Shown here: positions 36,667-46,700 of the stretch, in pieces
How the letters are laid out: each line of letters begins with the position of its first letter
How positions within the stretch are numbered: the first letter of the stretch is position 1
DNA from: Candidatus Bathyarchaeota archaeon
GTDB taxonomy: Archaea > Thermoproteota > Bathyarchaeia > Bathyarchaeales > DTEX01
Assembly: GCA_018396635.1 (NCBI GenBank)
Contig: JAGTQE010000004.1
Coordinates: forward strand, 3,797-67,796
Direction of reading: 5' to 3'
Length of the DNA: 64,000 nt
Translations under genes and position numbers: made by a program
The notes under the pieces: generated by a model
What the model was told of the DNA's origin: nothing
Databases searched by the model: none
What the model saw: only the letters and a program-made list of their open reading frames with translations

Positions 36667-37749
36667 CTAGCGGCTTATCTCAACACCAAATCTATTCTCC
36701 AATTCTCTAGAAATCCTCTCCATTTCTTCCTTGGTCCTAAAGCTAGTCCTTAAGGCGACTCCTCTAGGTGATATCTGGCTCAATAGATGGGCGATCTTCT
36801 CGGGCGGTACGTAGGGTATTTGGATAAGCTTTCCTCTCTCCTGAATCTTTCTATATAGTGGAATCCAGCAGTCGTCTCCACAATCGGGATTTCCCTCTCC
36901 AGGCACCCACTGTATACAATTCAAATTCTTTATGCTTAACAAATCATCTAAATGCTTCAATTCTAGTGGTCCGTCCAGGTGCCATATTGTCCTCTCAAAA
37001 TAATCACATTCTTCCACAATAAGCGGATAAACTATTTCTCTGAACATTTTCGGCGACAGATAAACTATAGTATCGCATTGCAGAACAAAATGCTTCCTGC
37101 CGCTCCATATATTGGCCCAAGTAGAATAACCATTCTCTGAAACATCTATCAGTCTACATGATTCTTCAAAGTACCTGAAGAATAAGCTTTGTAGCCTGAT
37201 CAACGCCTTCCTCAACCTCTGCTTTTCAAGGAACATGTCCCTCAGAAGCCTTGTCGGATACTGGCCTCTAAGCTGTCCTAAAACAGTCACTGGATCCAGT
37301 AGATCTGTGAATGCGACTATCGCTTTATTTCTGCACATCTCCCTAGCAGCCTCATACGCTAAGCAAGTATACCTCCACCACCTATTCTCTGGGTTAAACT
37401 CAACCTTAAGCACATTATCTAAGCTCATGTTCCCCTCAAACCACGCGGTATTAACCTTCTCATCAAACTTTAACTCCGCCCCCAGATAAGCCGATAGAGA
37501 GCCTGGACCCAAATTAATCCAAACATTTGGGTAAGCCTCCATCAGAAACTCTGTATCTGAGATTTGGCTGAGCATCCTATTTAGAGCCTCATTGACATTA
37601 GGGTAGTATCTTAGGAAGGCCCACGAGTCTATGGAGCCGTTTCCCTCACGCTTTGGTAGAGTAATTTGTATTAGTGGGCGATTAAGCTCATACTCCCACC
37701 ACTCCTCATATATGCCTTTAACGTTCTGCCAATCCCTTTTATAGAGCAT
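36667..37749 (-). CDS. Hypothetical protein, possibly a URO-D-like TIM barrel (distant paralogue of 12537-13619)
   Basis: ...TIWHLDGPLELKHLDDLLSIKNLNCIQWVPGEGN... parallels ...ISHMDGRLRTLKDLISKTELDAIEAFTPPPGGD... in the other protein. Confidence 0.35.
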   Translation of the reverse strand: MLYKRDWQNVKGIYEEWWEYELNRPLIQITLPKREGNGSIDSWAFLRYYPNVNEALNRMLSQISDTEFLMEAYPNVWINLGPGSLSAYLGAELKFDEKVNTAWFEGNMSLDNVLKVEFNPENRWWRYTCLAYEAAREMCRNKAIVAFTDLLDPVTVLGQLRGQYPTRLLRDMFLEKQRLRKALIRLQSLFFRYFEESCRLIDVSENGYSTWANIWSGRKHFVLQCDTIVYLSPKMFREIVYPLIVEECDYFERTIWHLDGPLELKHLDDLLSIKNLNCIQWVPGEGNPDCGDDCWIPLYRKIQERGKLIQIPYVPPEKIAHLLSQISPRGVALRTSFRTKEEMERISRELENRFGVEISR

Positions 37750-37856
37750 AAGCCCACCCTTCTGAGATAAAATTCCATATAGACTAAACAGTATTAATTT
37801 TAAATTTCTTTTTAGGAAAAAATATGGAGTTTAGCAGCTAAAATAGGTGAGTTAGA

Positions 37857-38417
37857 GTGGAGTGTACTAGGGGAGAGAAGGTTTTCGCATATCTCGGGAT
37901 AATAGGGCCTGCCATCGCATTTGTCTCCATATTCCTGTCAATAAGTTTGTCCCCGTCCTTCAGCTGGTATAGGAATGCTTTAAGTGATTTAGGGCATGCT
38001 CAGAGGAGTAATGTAGCCCCAATATTTAATTCTGGGCTACTTTTATCCGGCTTTCTAACAGCCATATATGCCATTAAATCCCTATTAAACCACGCTAAAT
38101 ATACGGGCTTCTCAGTGGCTTTCTCCGCCCTCATGTTGCAGTTTATAGCAACGTTTGACGAGATATACGGCACCCTACACTTTATCGTATCCCTATTATT
38201 CTTCGCTTCAGCCGGCGTATCCTGCATAATCTACTTTATAGAGAGCAGGAAAGTATTGGCAATAGTGGCGTTTTTAGTGGGCTTACTTGCCTGGCTGCTA
38301 TATTGGGCCAACATATATGAGATGGGTGTTGCCGTTCCAGAAATAATTTCAGCAGCATCAATCACAACATGTCTCATCTATTCATCGCTAAGTATACTCA
38401 GAGGAAAGGAATTTTAA
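37857..38417 (+). CDS. Polytopic membrane protein (DUF998-like)
   Basis: 186 aa with about 6 hydrophobic helices. ...SWYRNALSDLGH... resembles the DUF998 motif. GTG start. Confidence 0.4.
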   Translation: MECTRGEKVFAYLGIIGPAIAFVSIFLSISLSPSFSWYRNALSDLGHAQRSNVAPIFNSGLLLSGFLTAIYAIKSLLNHAKYTGFSVAFSALMLQFIATFDEIYGTLHFIVSLLFFASAGVSCIIYFIESRKVLAIVAFLVGLLAWLLYWANIYEMGVAVPEIISAASITTCLIYSSLSILRGKEF

Positions 38418-38453
38418 CTCCAAATCTTAAGTGTAAGTGTGAGGTGCTCTCGC

Positions 38454-39392
38454 ATGGTTGATATTGCCAGCTTCGGCGAACCTATGGTTGAATTCTGCGC
38501 TACAGAAATAGGTAAACTTAAGGATGTGCAATTATTTAAGAGGGGTTGGGGCGGAGACACATCAAACTTCATCGTTGCTGTTGCAAGGCTTGGCGGAAAA
38601 GCTGGCTACATATGCCGCATTGGAGATGACGAATTTGGCGAATCGTTTCTGGATCTTTGGCGTAGGGAGGGCGTGGATACCTCTCAAGTCATAATTGAGA
38701 AGGGGGGTTTCACCGCCGTCTACTTCATATCTCTTCTGCCAGGCGGCGGGCACGACTTCACCTATTTTAGGAAGGGTTCAGCTGCAAGCCACTACTCGCC
38801 CTCAGATCTAAACCCGGAGTACTTGAGCAAATTGAAAGTATTCCATTCGAGCGGGATCTCAATGGCTATAAGCGAGAGCTGCAGGGAAACGGTTTTAAAA
38901 GCAGCTGATATAGTTAAAGAGCACGGGGGGCTTTTCAGTTTTGACGTTAATTTCAGACCTAAATTGTGGCCGCCCAATTACGCTAGACCCTTCATCGAGG
39001 AGGCTATGCGGAGAGCAGACGTCATATTTGTGAGCAAAGAGGACATAGCCCTACTTTATAATGAAGATGCAGATAGGGTTATTGAGAGGATACGTGGCCT
39101 CGCTAAACCGATAACTATTGTTGTAAAAATGGGTGGGGAAGGTTGCATCATATTCGATGGGGAGAAGAAGATCCATATCCCCAGTTTTAAAGTTAATGTA
39201 GTTGACACAACCGGTGCCGGAGATGCTTTTGATGGAGCCTTCATAGTTGGATTACTTGAGGGGAAACCTCTGGAAGAAGTTGGAGTATTTGCTAACGCTG
39301 TAGGCGCCTTAACTACGACTGGTCTAGGAGCCGTTGCACCAATTCCAAAAAGAAGAGAGGTTGAAGATTTTCTGAGGAAAACTAAACTCTAG
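38454..39392 (+). CDS. kdgK: PfkB-family sugar kinase, 2-dehydro-3-deoxygluconate (KDG) kinase-like
   Basis: ...WGGDTSNF..., ...DVNFRPKLW..., and C-terminal DTTGAGDAFDGAFIVGLL (PfkB signature 2). Confidence 0.8.
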   Translation: MVDIASFGEPMVEFCATEIGKLKDVQLFKRGWGGDTSNFIVAVARLGGKAGYICRIGDDEFGESFLDLWRREGVDTSQVIIEKGGFTAVYFISLLPGGGHDFTYFRKGSAASHYSPSDLNPEYLSKLKVFHSSGISMAISESCRETVLKAADIVKEHGGLFSFDVNFRPKLWPPNYARPFIEEAMRRADVIFVSKEDIALLYNEDADRVIERIRGLAKPITIVVKMGGEGCIIFDGEKKIHIPSFKVNVVDTTGAGDAFDGAFIVGLLEGKPLEEVGVFANAVGALTTTGLGAVAPIPKRREVEDFLRKTKL

Positions 39393-40032
39393 CGTACTCC
39401 CTTATAACCTGAGAGAATGGTCTACCCTTCTTTATTTCTTCAGACTCTTTCCTTTCCAGCTCATCAATTCGCTTAGCTCTCTCTATAACCTCCACCACCT
39501 TATCTTTCGGTATCACGACGATTCCATCATCATCGCCTACAACAATGTCGCCTGGATTTATTATTACACCACCATACTTCAGCGGAGCATTCACGGCTTT
39601 TATCTCGGTTCTCCCAACCGAAGTGTTGGGTGAAAGAAACCTATAGAAGACTTGAAACCTCATCTCCTTAATCTCCCTAAGATCCCTTATCGCGCCACAC
39701 ATAACAGCTCCCTCAAGACCCCTAACCTTAGATGCGAGGGACATTAAGCCGCCAAAGAGCGCTATATCTTCTGCCTCGCCACCCTCTATGGCCGCCACGA
39801 TAACAGAGCCCTTCTCAGCACTGTCTATCGCATCTATAGCTTCTATAGGGATAACCCGCCTAGTTGAATAAGAATGCAATATAGTGACAGCTGGCCCGGC
39901 AATCCTAACACCCTCTAAGGTGGGGTGAAAAGTAACGTTCAATGTCCCATTTATGCCGATCTGGTTTAGCGCATCCGACAAAGATGCTGTCGGAGTTTTC
40001 TTAAGTTCCTCAATATATTTTTCTAAGGACAT
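39382..40032 (-). CDS. RraA-family protein (4-hydroxy-4-methyl-2-oxoglutarate / 4-hydroxy-2-oxoacid aldolase-like) with a C-terminal helical extension
   Basis: ...SLSDALNQIGING..., ...GGLMSLASKVRGLEGAVMCGAIRDLREI..., ...INPGDIVVGDDDGIVVIP... match the RraA/HMG-aldolase family. Confidence 0.7.
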   Translation of the reverse strand: MSLEKYIEELKKTPTASLSDALNQIGINGTLNVTFHPTLEGVRIAGPAVTILHSYSTRRVIPIEAIDAIDSAEKGSVIVAAIEGGEAEDIALFGGLMSLASKVRGLEGAVMCGAIRDLREIKEMRFQVFYRFLSPNTSVGRTEIKAVNAPLKYGGVIINPGDIVVGDDDGIVVIPKDKVVEVIERAKRIDELERKESEEIKKGRPFSQVIREYARV

Positions 40033-40188
40033 AATGTAAATCCTCCAGCTTTAAGCATTACCCTTTACATATATTGATTTCAAGTTTTAAATCTTGCCGA
40101 AAATAAGGCTTTAATATTATTGGCGGAGTACTTTTATTTTGAAGCGCCTTTAAAGCGCAGTTTACATCCAGGTAGGGGGAGGTATTAG

Positions 40189-41388
40189 TTGAAGATAAAG
40201 GATTTAAAGGTGGCGGTTGTCAATGTTCCAGGTTTAGGAAGGATTGGGATTGTACGCGTCGATACAGATGAAGGCGTATATGGATATGGGGAGGCACATT
40301 GCCCAAGAGACCATGTACTACGCCTAAGAAACTTCTTAGTTGGCCAGGATCCAACCAATATTAGTAAAATTATGTTGCATGTTCAACATATGGGCGGCTT
40401 TAAACCCTGGGGGTCAGCGGTTAGCGCTGTTGAAATGGCTCTATGGGATATAACTGGAAAGGTATTCGGCCTCCCAGTTTACAGGTTTCTGGGCGGTAAA
40501 AACCGTGAAAAGGTTAGGGTTTACTGTGATTGTGGGGTAGGGGTGCCGCTAGATCCAAGCGATCCAGCATCAATGTTCACTCCGGAAGCCTATGCTGAGA
40601 AAGCTAAACGTATGAAATCGCTGCCAGAAGGCTTCACAATCCTGAAATTCGATATAGGTTTTCACGGCAGACAGCTTCTAAGCGTTAAGAGTGGATCTTT
40701 GGAAGCGGAGCCAATCTATCCAACTAAAGGCCATGTAACTGAGCGGGGGCTTAAATCCGAGATAGCCATAGTGAAAGCCCTAAAAGAGGTTTTAGGCGAT
40801 GAGGTTGGCTTAGCGCTAGATTGCGGGCCGGGGCAAAGTTTCCCCTCAGCCTTAAAACTGGCGAAGGCCCTTGAACCATATAATTTGATGTGGGCTGAGG
40901 ATCTGCTTACTGGAGATTACTCGCCGTATACTGAAGTCTACCTCTACGGCCTCCTTTCTAGGAGAACCACTACACCCATACTTACTGGCGAGCAGATTTA
41001 TTTGAGGTATGGTTTTAGGGATTTAGTGGGTAAACATGCTGTTGACATAGTGGCTCCAGATGTCTCTGATGTCGGCGGCATATATGAGCTTAAATGGATA
41101 TCTGAGTTTGCCGACCTCTATGGCGTTCTCATAGCTCCACACAATTACGGGCTGCCGATAGCGTTCATGGCAAACGTTCATGCCGCCGCAGCTATGCCAA
41201 AGAATTTCATAGCTTTCGAACACCACGCTACACATGTAGCTCAATGGGAGGACTTCGTTAAAGGGTTGGAAAAACCATTAATTAGGGATGGTTTTGTGAA
41301 TGTCCCGGAGAAGCCGGGGCTGGGCATAGAAGTTAACGAGGATACCGTAAGAAAGTATTTGGTTGAGGGCGAGGACTTCTTTGAGTAG
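40189..41388 (+). CDS. Enolase-superfamily (mandelate racemase/muconate lactonizing enzyme family) sugar-acid dehydratase
   Basis: ...GYGEA..., ...AVSAVEMALWDITGKVFGLPVYRFLGG..., ...WAEDLL..., ...GEQIY..., ...DIVAPDVSDVGGI.... Confidence 0.8.
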   Translation: MKIKDLKVAVVNVPGLGRIGIVRVDTDEGVYGYGEAHCPRDHVLRLRNFLVGQDPTNISKIMLHVQHMGGFKPWGSAVSAVEMALWDITGKVFGLPVYRFLGGKNREKVRVYCDCGVGVPLDPSDPASMFTPEAYAEKAKRMKSLPEGFTILKFDIGFHGRQLLSVKSGSLEAEPIYPTKGHVTERGLKSEIAIVKALKEVLGDEVGLALDCGPGQSFPSALKLAKALEPYNLMWAEDLLTGDYSPYTEVYLYGLLSRRTTTPILTGEQIYLRYGFRDLVGKHAVDIVAPDVSDVGGIYELKWISEFADLYGVLIAPHNYGLPIAFMANVHAAAAMPKNFIAFEHHATHVAQWEDFVKGLEKPLIRDGFVNVPEKPGLGIEVNEDTVRKYLVEGEDFFE

Positions 41389-41465
41389 ATCTAACCAGTC
41401 CTAAATCTTTAATTTAAATTCTGAAGGATAGTTTGGAAAGACTTTTAAGGGAATGAAGTTGGGCG

Positions 41466-42344
41466 GTGACTAGAATGAGAGTATTAGAAAGATTATGTGT
41501 GTTTCTAATGTTAATGGTGTTTTCCGTCAATTTTCTCCTCCCTTTATGTGCTCAGGGAGCATATGTGGTTCAAAAGGCTACATTAACAGTTTATAGGGAT
41601 GGTGTTGTTCATGTCAATATTGTGCTGTTGGTCGATGAATATGAGCCATTAATAGTGGTTCCACTATTATCTCCTATGGAGAGGGTTAGCGGTATAATAG
41701 TTCTAGGCGAAAATGACAGCCTGCTAGACTATGATTTGAGCGGGAATAATATAACCATCTATTCTTTAGGCTCCGCGAAGATAACCCTGGAATACAGTAC
41801 AGACGGGCTAACACACAAGGCGTTTGGTCTTTGGACAATCAATTTCACAGCACCCTTCGAGCTAACATTAATTCTCCCAGAGAACGCAACAATAATGTAT
41901 CTTAGTGGTGTTCCATCAGCCATAAGAGTGGTCGAAAGCCGGCTTGAAATGGACTTAAGCCCCGGAGACTGGGAAATAAAATATGAGTTACCTATACAGC
42001 TGCCAATGCCGCCTTCCTCGCGGCCACCAAGCCAGCAACAGCCATCTATAACACGGATCTTGCCAATAGAATACATGATAATCACAATAGTCACTATATG
42101 TGCAATCGCTACAACAATCGTTTATTTAAAGCGAAGGAGGGTTAAAGAGGCCTTAAGCGACGAGGAAGCCGAGATTATTCGCTTCATTAGGAGGAGAGGT
42201 GGTAGGGTGCTGGAAGCCGAGTTGAGGGAGAATTTTCCACATATACCGAGAACAAGCATGTGGCGGCTGATAAAGCGCCTAGAAAAACAGGGCGTCGTTC
42301 GCGTCAGAAAGGTTGGGCTTCAAAATGTTGTCGAATTAAAATAG
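41466..42344 (+). CDS. Membrane-anchored winged-helix regulator (extracytoplasmic domain, one TM helix, cytoplasmic wHTH)
   Basis: Signal/anchor, a ~190-aa beta-rich exodomain with N-glycosylation sequons (NIT, NFT, NAT), a Pro/Ser/Gln linker, TM helix IEYMIITIVTICAIATTIVYL, then EEAEIIRFIRRRGGRVLEAELRENFPHIPRTSMWRLIKRLEKQGVVRVRKVG. Confidence 0.65.
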   Translation: MTRMRVLERLCVFLMLMVFSVNFLLPLCAQGAYVVQKATLTVYRDGVVHVNIVLLVDEYEPLIVVPLLSPMERVSGIIVLGENDSLLDYDLSGNNITIYSLGSAKITLEYSTDGLTHKAFGLWTINFTAPFELTLILPENATIMYLSGVPSAIRVVESRLEMDLSPGDWEIKYELPIQLPMPPSSRPPSQQQPSITRILPIEYMIITIVTICAIATTIVYLKRRRVKEALSDEEAEIIRFIRRRGGRVLEAELRENFPHIPRTSMWRLIKRLEKQGVVRVRKVGLQNVVELK

Positions 42345-42371
42345 TTGAGGTAAATGTATGAAAGTTCTTTT

Positions 42372-43691
42372 TTACGGTAACTCGAAATCTTTTGTGGCTA
42401 TGGTTTGAAGCCCCTCCCTACTTAACGCGCGCACCACTATTCTATAGTTGCCGGGCTCGGCTGCCACAAGCCTTATCTCAACCCATCCGACTTCTTTGGG
42501 TTTAAGATCCCGAAGCACCTGCGCTGATATTGGTGAAGCATAGAGCTCCCACCTTCCATTCCTCTCCCTCTCAATCACGATTCCAAACGCTGAGTCCGGG
42601 AATGTTACCGTGACATTGCCGACGTTTCTAATAGATATATTTAAGGTTACGGTCACTTTTCGTCTGACGCTAACCTCAACAGTCTTTTCCACATCCACTT
42701 CAATCTTAATGTTTCCTCCTTCACGCTCCCTAAGCCTGAGCTCGAGCTCTAGGCAGACTTCACGCATCCTCCTACCCACAACCTCCAGTTCTGTCGCATT
42801 AACCCCTTCTCTTATTCGCTCTCTAACCCTCTCCAGTACCTCTATTTGCCTTCTCCAGAACTCTTCAGCGTCAGTAAAGTTCCAACGCCTGAAGAATTCA
42901 TGCTCAGCCACGTTCATTTCCCTGAGCTTCTCCTTAACTCTCTCACGCAATTCCTTAATCTTCTCTTTGAAGTGTTCTATCTTTTCGCTGAGATTTTCCC
43001 TAATCGAGGATTTCAGCTCTTTGAAGGCTTCGCTGATCAGTTTATTGGCTTCAGCGAGCATATGTGCGACATCTGAAACGTTGCCCTGTTGGAGTAGCTC
43101 CATAGCCTTAGTAACATTTAGAATGGTCTTCGCTTCATTTAGCTTAGCCGCCGCATTAGTTATATCTATGTCGGCCTTCTTCGCTATTCTCTCAAAGGCC
43201 TTATTGGTGTTTTCTATCCTCTCTAATGCGCACTGGATGGCTATGAGCAAACCCTGCCCCTCAATAACTTCGTCCTTTAAGACGCCCGCCTCGCATAGAA
43301 TACTATTGAGCTCCTTATAGGCGTCGTGGAAATATCTCATAGCCTCTATTGCAAGCGATATTGCGCCAGTATAATTTCTATCATTGTAAGCTCTATTTGC
43401 GTATTCGAGGGTTTCTACACCCAAATTAAAAATCTTGTTTACCCCATCTAAAGTATATGTCAAGTTTTCAATCATTGTGACCAGCGTTTTGTTTGCGAGA
43501 ACAGCGCTCAGTAGGGCCTCAACTCTCACCTTAGCCTTGTCCGCTAAGGAGAGCATAGCCTCCGCCCTCCCCTCTAGAGAGGAGTCGTATATTCCCGCAA
43601 CTCTAACCTGCTCAGTAGCCGCCAGCATAGGTGTTAACGCTAAAGATAGAAGTAGCATCGTTATTGCGATCCTTTTATGCCCACACCTCAT
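42372..43691 (-). CDS. Secreted coiled-coil protein with a C-terminal beta-sandwich (CARDB-like) domain
   Basis: Signal peptide (IAITMLLLSLALTPMLAA), about 300 aa of heptad-rich helical sequence, then ...VTVTLNISIRNVGNVTVTFP...YRIVVRALS.... Confidence 0.5.
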   Translation of the reverse strand: MRCGHKRIAITMLLLSLALTPMLAATEQVRVAGIYDSSLEGRAEAMLSLADKAKVRVEALLSAVLANKTLVTMIENLTYTLDGVNKIFNLGVETLEYANRAYNDRNYTGAISLAIEAMRYFHDAYKELNSILCEAGVLKDEVIEGQGLLIAIQCALERIENTNKAFERIAKKADIDITNAAAKLNEAKTILNVTKAMELLQQGNVSDVAHMLAEANKLISEAFKELKSSIRENLSEKIEHFKEKIKELRERVKEKLREMNVAEHEFFRRWNFTDAEEFWRRQIEVLERVRERIREGVNATELEVVGRRMREVCLELELRLREREGGNIKIEVDVEKTVEVSVRRKVTVTLNISIRNVGNVTVTFPDSAFGIVIERERNGRWELYASPISAQVLRDLKPKEVGWVEIRLVAAEPGNYRIVVRALSREGLQTIATKDFELP

Positions 43692-43796
43692 TCTCGATCA
43701 CCACACTATATTTCTGTAAAAGGTTTTAGTTAAGGAACGCTGTGAAACGCCGCGTTTCAAAATCTTGAAACGCCTTAACCCTGTAAACATCCCCCT

Positions 43797-46700
43797 TTAT
43801 TGGCCCCAGAATTTTAGTGGTAGGCTGTCCATATACTCGTTCAATGATCGTATTATAACCTCGTTTTTACGCCTATACTTTAAAACTTTAGTTATCGCTG
43901 AGGCTAGCTCAAGTGTTGTGACTATTGGAATATTGTATTCGACTGCCAGTCTACGGATAATATATTCGTCTCTGAGTATGTCGGCTAGCTCGCCATTAGG
44001 ATTAGCTGCGGGAATGTTAATAACAAGATCTATTTTACGTTGCAGTATATAGTCCATTATGTTTGGCTTCCTAGAATACTCGCTAACCTTATATAAGACT
44101 GTAATATCTTTCAATCCAGCTTTGCGGAGTGCGTCGGCAGTATGCTCTGTTGCGTAAATCTTGAAGCCTAAGTCGTTTAGGCTCTTGGCTAATGGGATTA
44201 TTTTACGCTTCATCTCCTCGCCGCCGACTGTTATCAGAACCGCCCCGTTATCATTTGGGAACGTGAACTCGACAGCCTGTAGAGCCTTGAGAAGTGCGTC
44301 GGCGAAATTTTCGCCTATACATGCGGCTTCCCCAGTGCTCATCATCTCGACGCCTAAAACTGGATCTGCACCGCTCAGTCGCATGAAACTGAATTGCGGA
44401 ACCTTAACTGAAACATATGGTATTGGTGGAAGCTCAAGTAACCCCATCTCCCTAAGGGTTTTGCCGAACATGATGGCTGTTGAAACCTCTATAAGGTTTA
44501 CACCCCTACTCTTGCTTACATATGGCAGGGATCTTGACGCCCTAAGATTACACTCTATAACCGAGACCTCGCCATTCTTAACGAGAAACTGTATGTTGAA
44601 TGGCCCCTTAATTTTAAGGGCTTTAGCGATCATGCGTGAGTAATCTTCAATCTTCTTTATGACATCGCTGCTTAGAGATTGCGGCGGGATACACATGACA
44701 GCGTCCCCGCTGTGTACGCCAGCCTGCTCAACGTGCTCTATAACCGCACCTATCAAAACATCCTCTCCATCTGAGACTCCGTCAACCTCAACTTCCTTGG
44801 CGCCCTCAATGAACTTCGATATTACAACCGGATGCTCTTTTGAGACTTTAGCAGCTAGCTCAAGGTAGTCTCTGAGCTCCTCTCTGCTATATGCAACCCT
44901 CATGGCTTCCCCGGATAAGACGTAGCTCGGCCTAACTAAGACTGGGTAACCTATCTCCTCAGCGAACCTCTCAGCCTCCTCAATCGTCGTCAGCCTACTC
45001 CACTTAGGCTGTGGTATGCCGAGTTTATCTAGCAGGGCGCTGAACTTCGATCTGTCCTCCGCTGTATCGATACTATCGCTCGATGTGCCAATTATATTGG
45101 CTCCAGCCCTAGAGAGTTTTAAGGCCAGGTTGTTCGGGATCTGCCCACCTACGCTAACTATTACCCCTAGGGGTTTTTCCTTCTCATATATGTCTAGTAT
45201 CCTTTCCAGGGTTAGCTCCTCGAAATAAAGCTTGTCTGATATGTCGTAGTCCGTTGAGACTGTTTCCGGATTATAATTGACTACTATGGCTTCATCCACG
45301 CCATGCTTCTTCAGAGCCCAGACTGTATTAACGCAGCTCCAGTCGAACTCGACGCTTGAACCTATCCTGAAGACCCCTGCGCCGAGAACAATAACCTTTC
45401 TCTTTCCAGTATCAAATTTTATATCGTCTTCATCGCCATTATAGGTCATGTAAAGGTAGTTTGTTTTGGCAGGCCACTCAGCCGCCAATGTGTCAATCTG
45501 CTTTACAACTGGAATTATCCCATGCTTTTTCCTAAAGCGCCTTATGTCCTCCTCACTTAAACCCATGCACCTAGCTATCTGCGCATCTGAGAACCCTAAG
45601 CGCTTAGCTTCTCTAATAACCTCAGGCGCATCCACCTCATCTATCCTTAGTTTCTTGAGCATCTTCTCCATATCGATAATATTCTTGATCTTATAGAGGA
45701 ACCATGGATCTATTCCGCTTAGGCGGTAGATCTCTCTTATGGGCATCCCCATCTTTATCGCTTTAACTATCTTGAATAGCCTCTCATCTGTCGGATTCCT
45801 TAGACAGTCTTTTATGGCTTCCAGCGGCTCCGGCTCATCATCATCGGCGTTCGCAACCAGACCAACCTTACCTATATCAAGCATCCTAACAGCCTTTTGG
45901 AGAGCCTCCTCAAATGTTCTGCCAATAGCCATAACCTCGCCAACGGACTTCATCTGCGTGCCTATATGGCGATCAGCGTTTCTAAACTTCTTTAGGTCCC
46001 AGCGTGGGATCTTGACGACAATGTAGTCTAGAGCTGGCTCGAAACAAGCCGTTGTTATGCCAGTAACCTTATTGATCAGTTCTGGAAGCGTGTAGCCTAT
46101 GGCCAGCTTAGCGGCAATGTAGGCCAGCGGGTAGCCCGTAGCCTTACTGGCCAGAGCTGAGCTCCTAGACATCCTTGGATTAACCTCTATAGCCCTAAAC
46201 TCCTCTGAGGATGGGTGAAGGGCCCATTGGATGTTGCATTCTCCAACAACGCCTAGAGCTTGAACAGCCCTTATGGATGCTGAGCGTAGAATATGATACT
46301 CACGGTTCGTCAATGTTTGTGAGGGGGCGACGACTATTGAGTCCCCGGTGTGAACCCCCATTGGATCAAAATTCTCCATGTTACAGACGGTTATACAGTT
46401 GTCTTTGTAGTCCCTCATAACTTCATACTCGACTTCCTTCCAATGTCCAATATACTCCTCAACTAAGACTTGTCTAATCATGCTGTGGGTTAAACCCCTA
46501 CTCACAATCTCAATTAACTCACGCCTATTCCGAGCAACACCAGTACCCTTGCCGCCTAGAGTGTAGGCAACCCTAATCATAACTGGGTAGCCTATCTCCT
46601 CAGCTGCCTGTACCGCTTCTTCAACCGACGTCGCAGATTTACTCCTCGGAACAGGCACGCCGGCGTTAAGCATTGTCTGCCTAAATAGCTCCCTGTTAGA

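Noticed and set aside
42610-43320. 236-aa and 76-aa plus-strand ORFs antisense to the coiled-coil protein gene
   Set aside because: Their Ser/Leu-rich low-complexity sequence mirrors the Glu/Lys/Leu-rich coiled coil on the other strand. This is a shadow ORF.
44161-46420. Series of 69-160-aa plus-strand ORFs inside carB, and similar ORFs inside argH/argG (48341-50822)
   Set aside because: All are antisense to strongly supported, full-length biosynthetic genes, and none shows a family signature.
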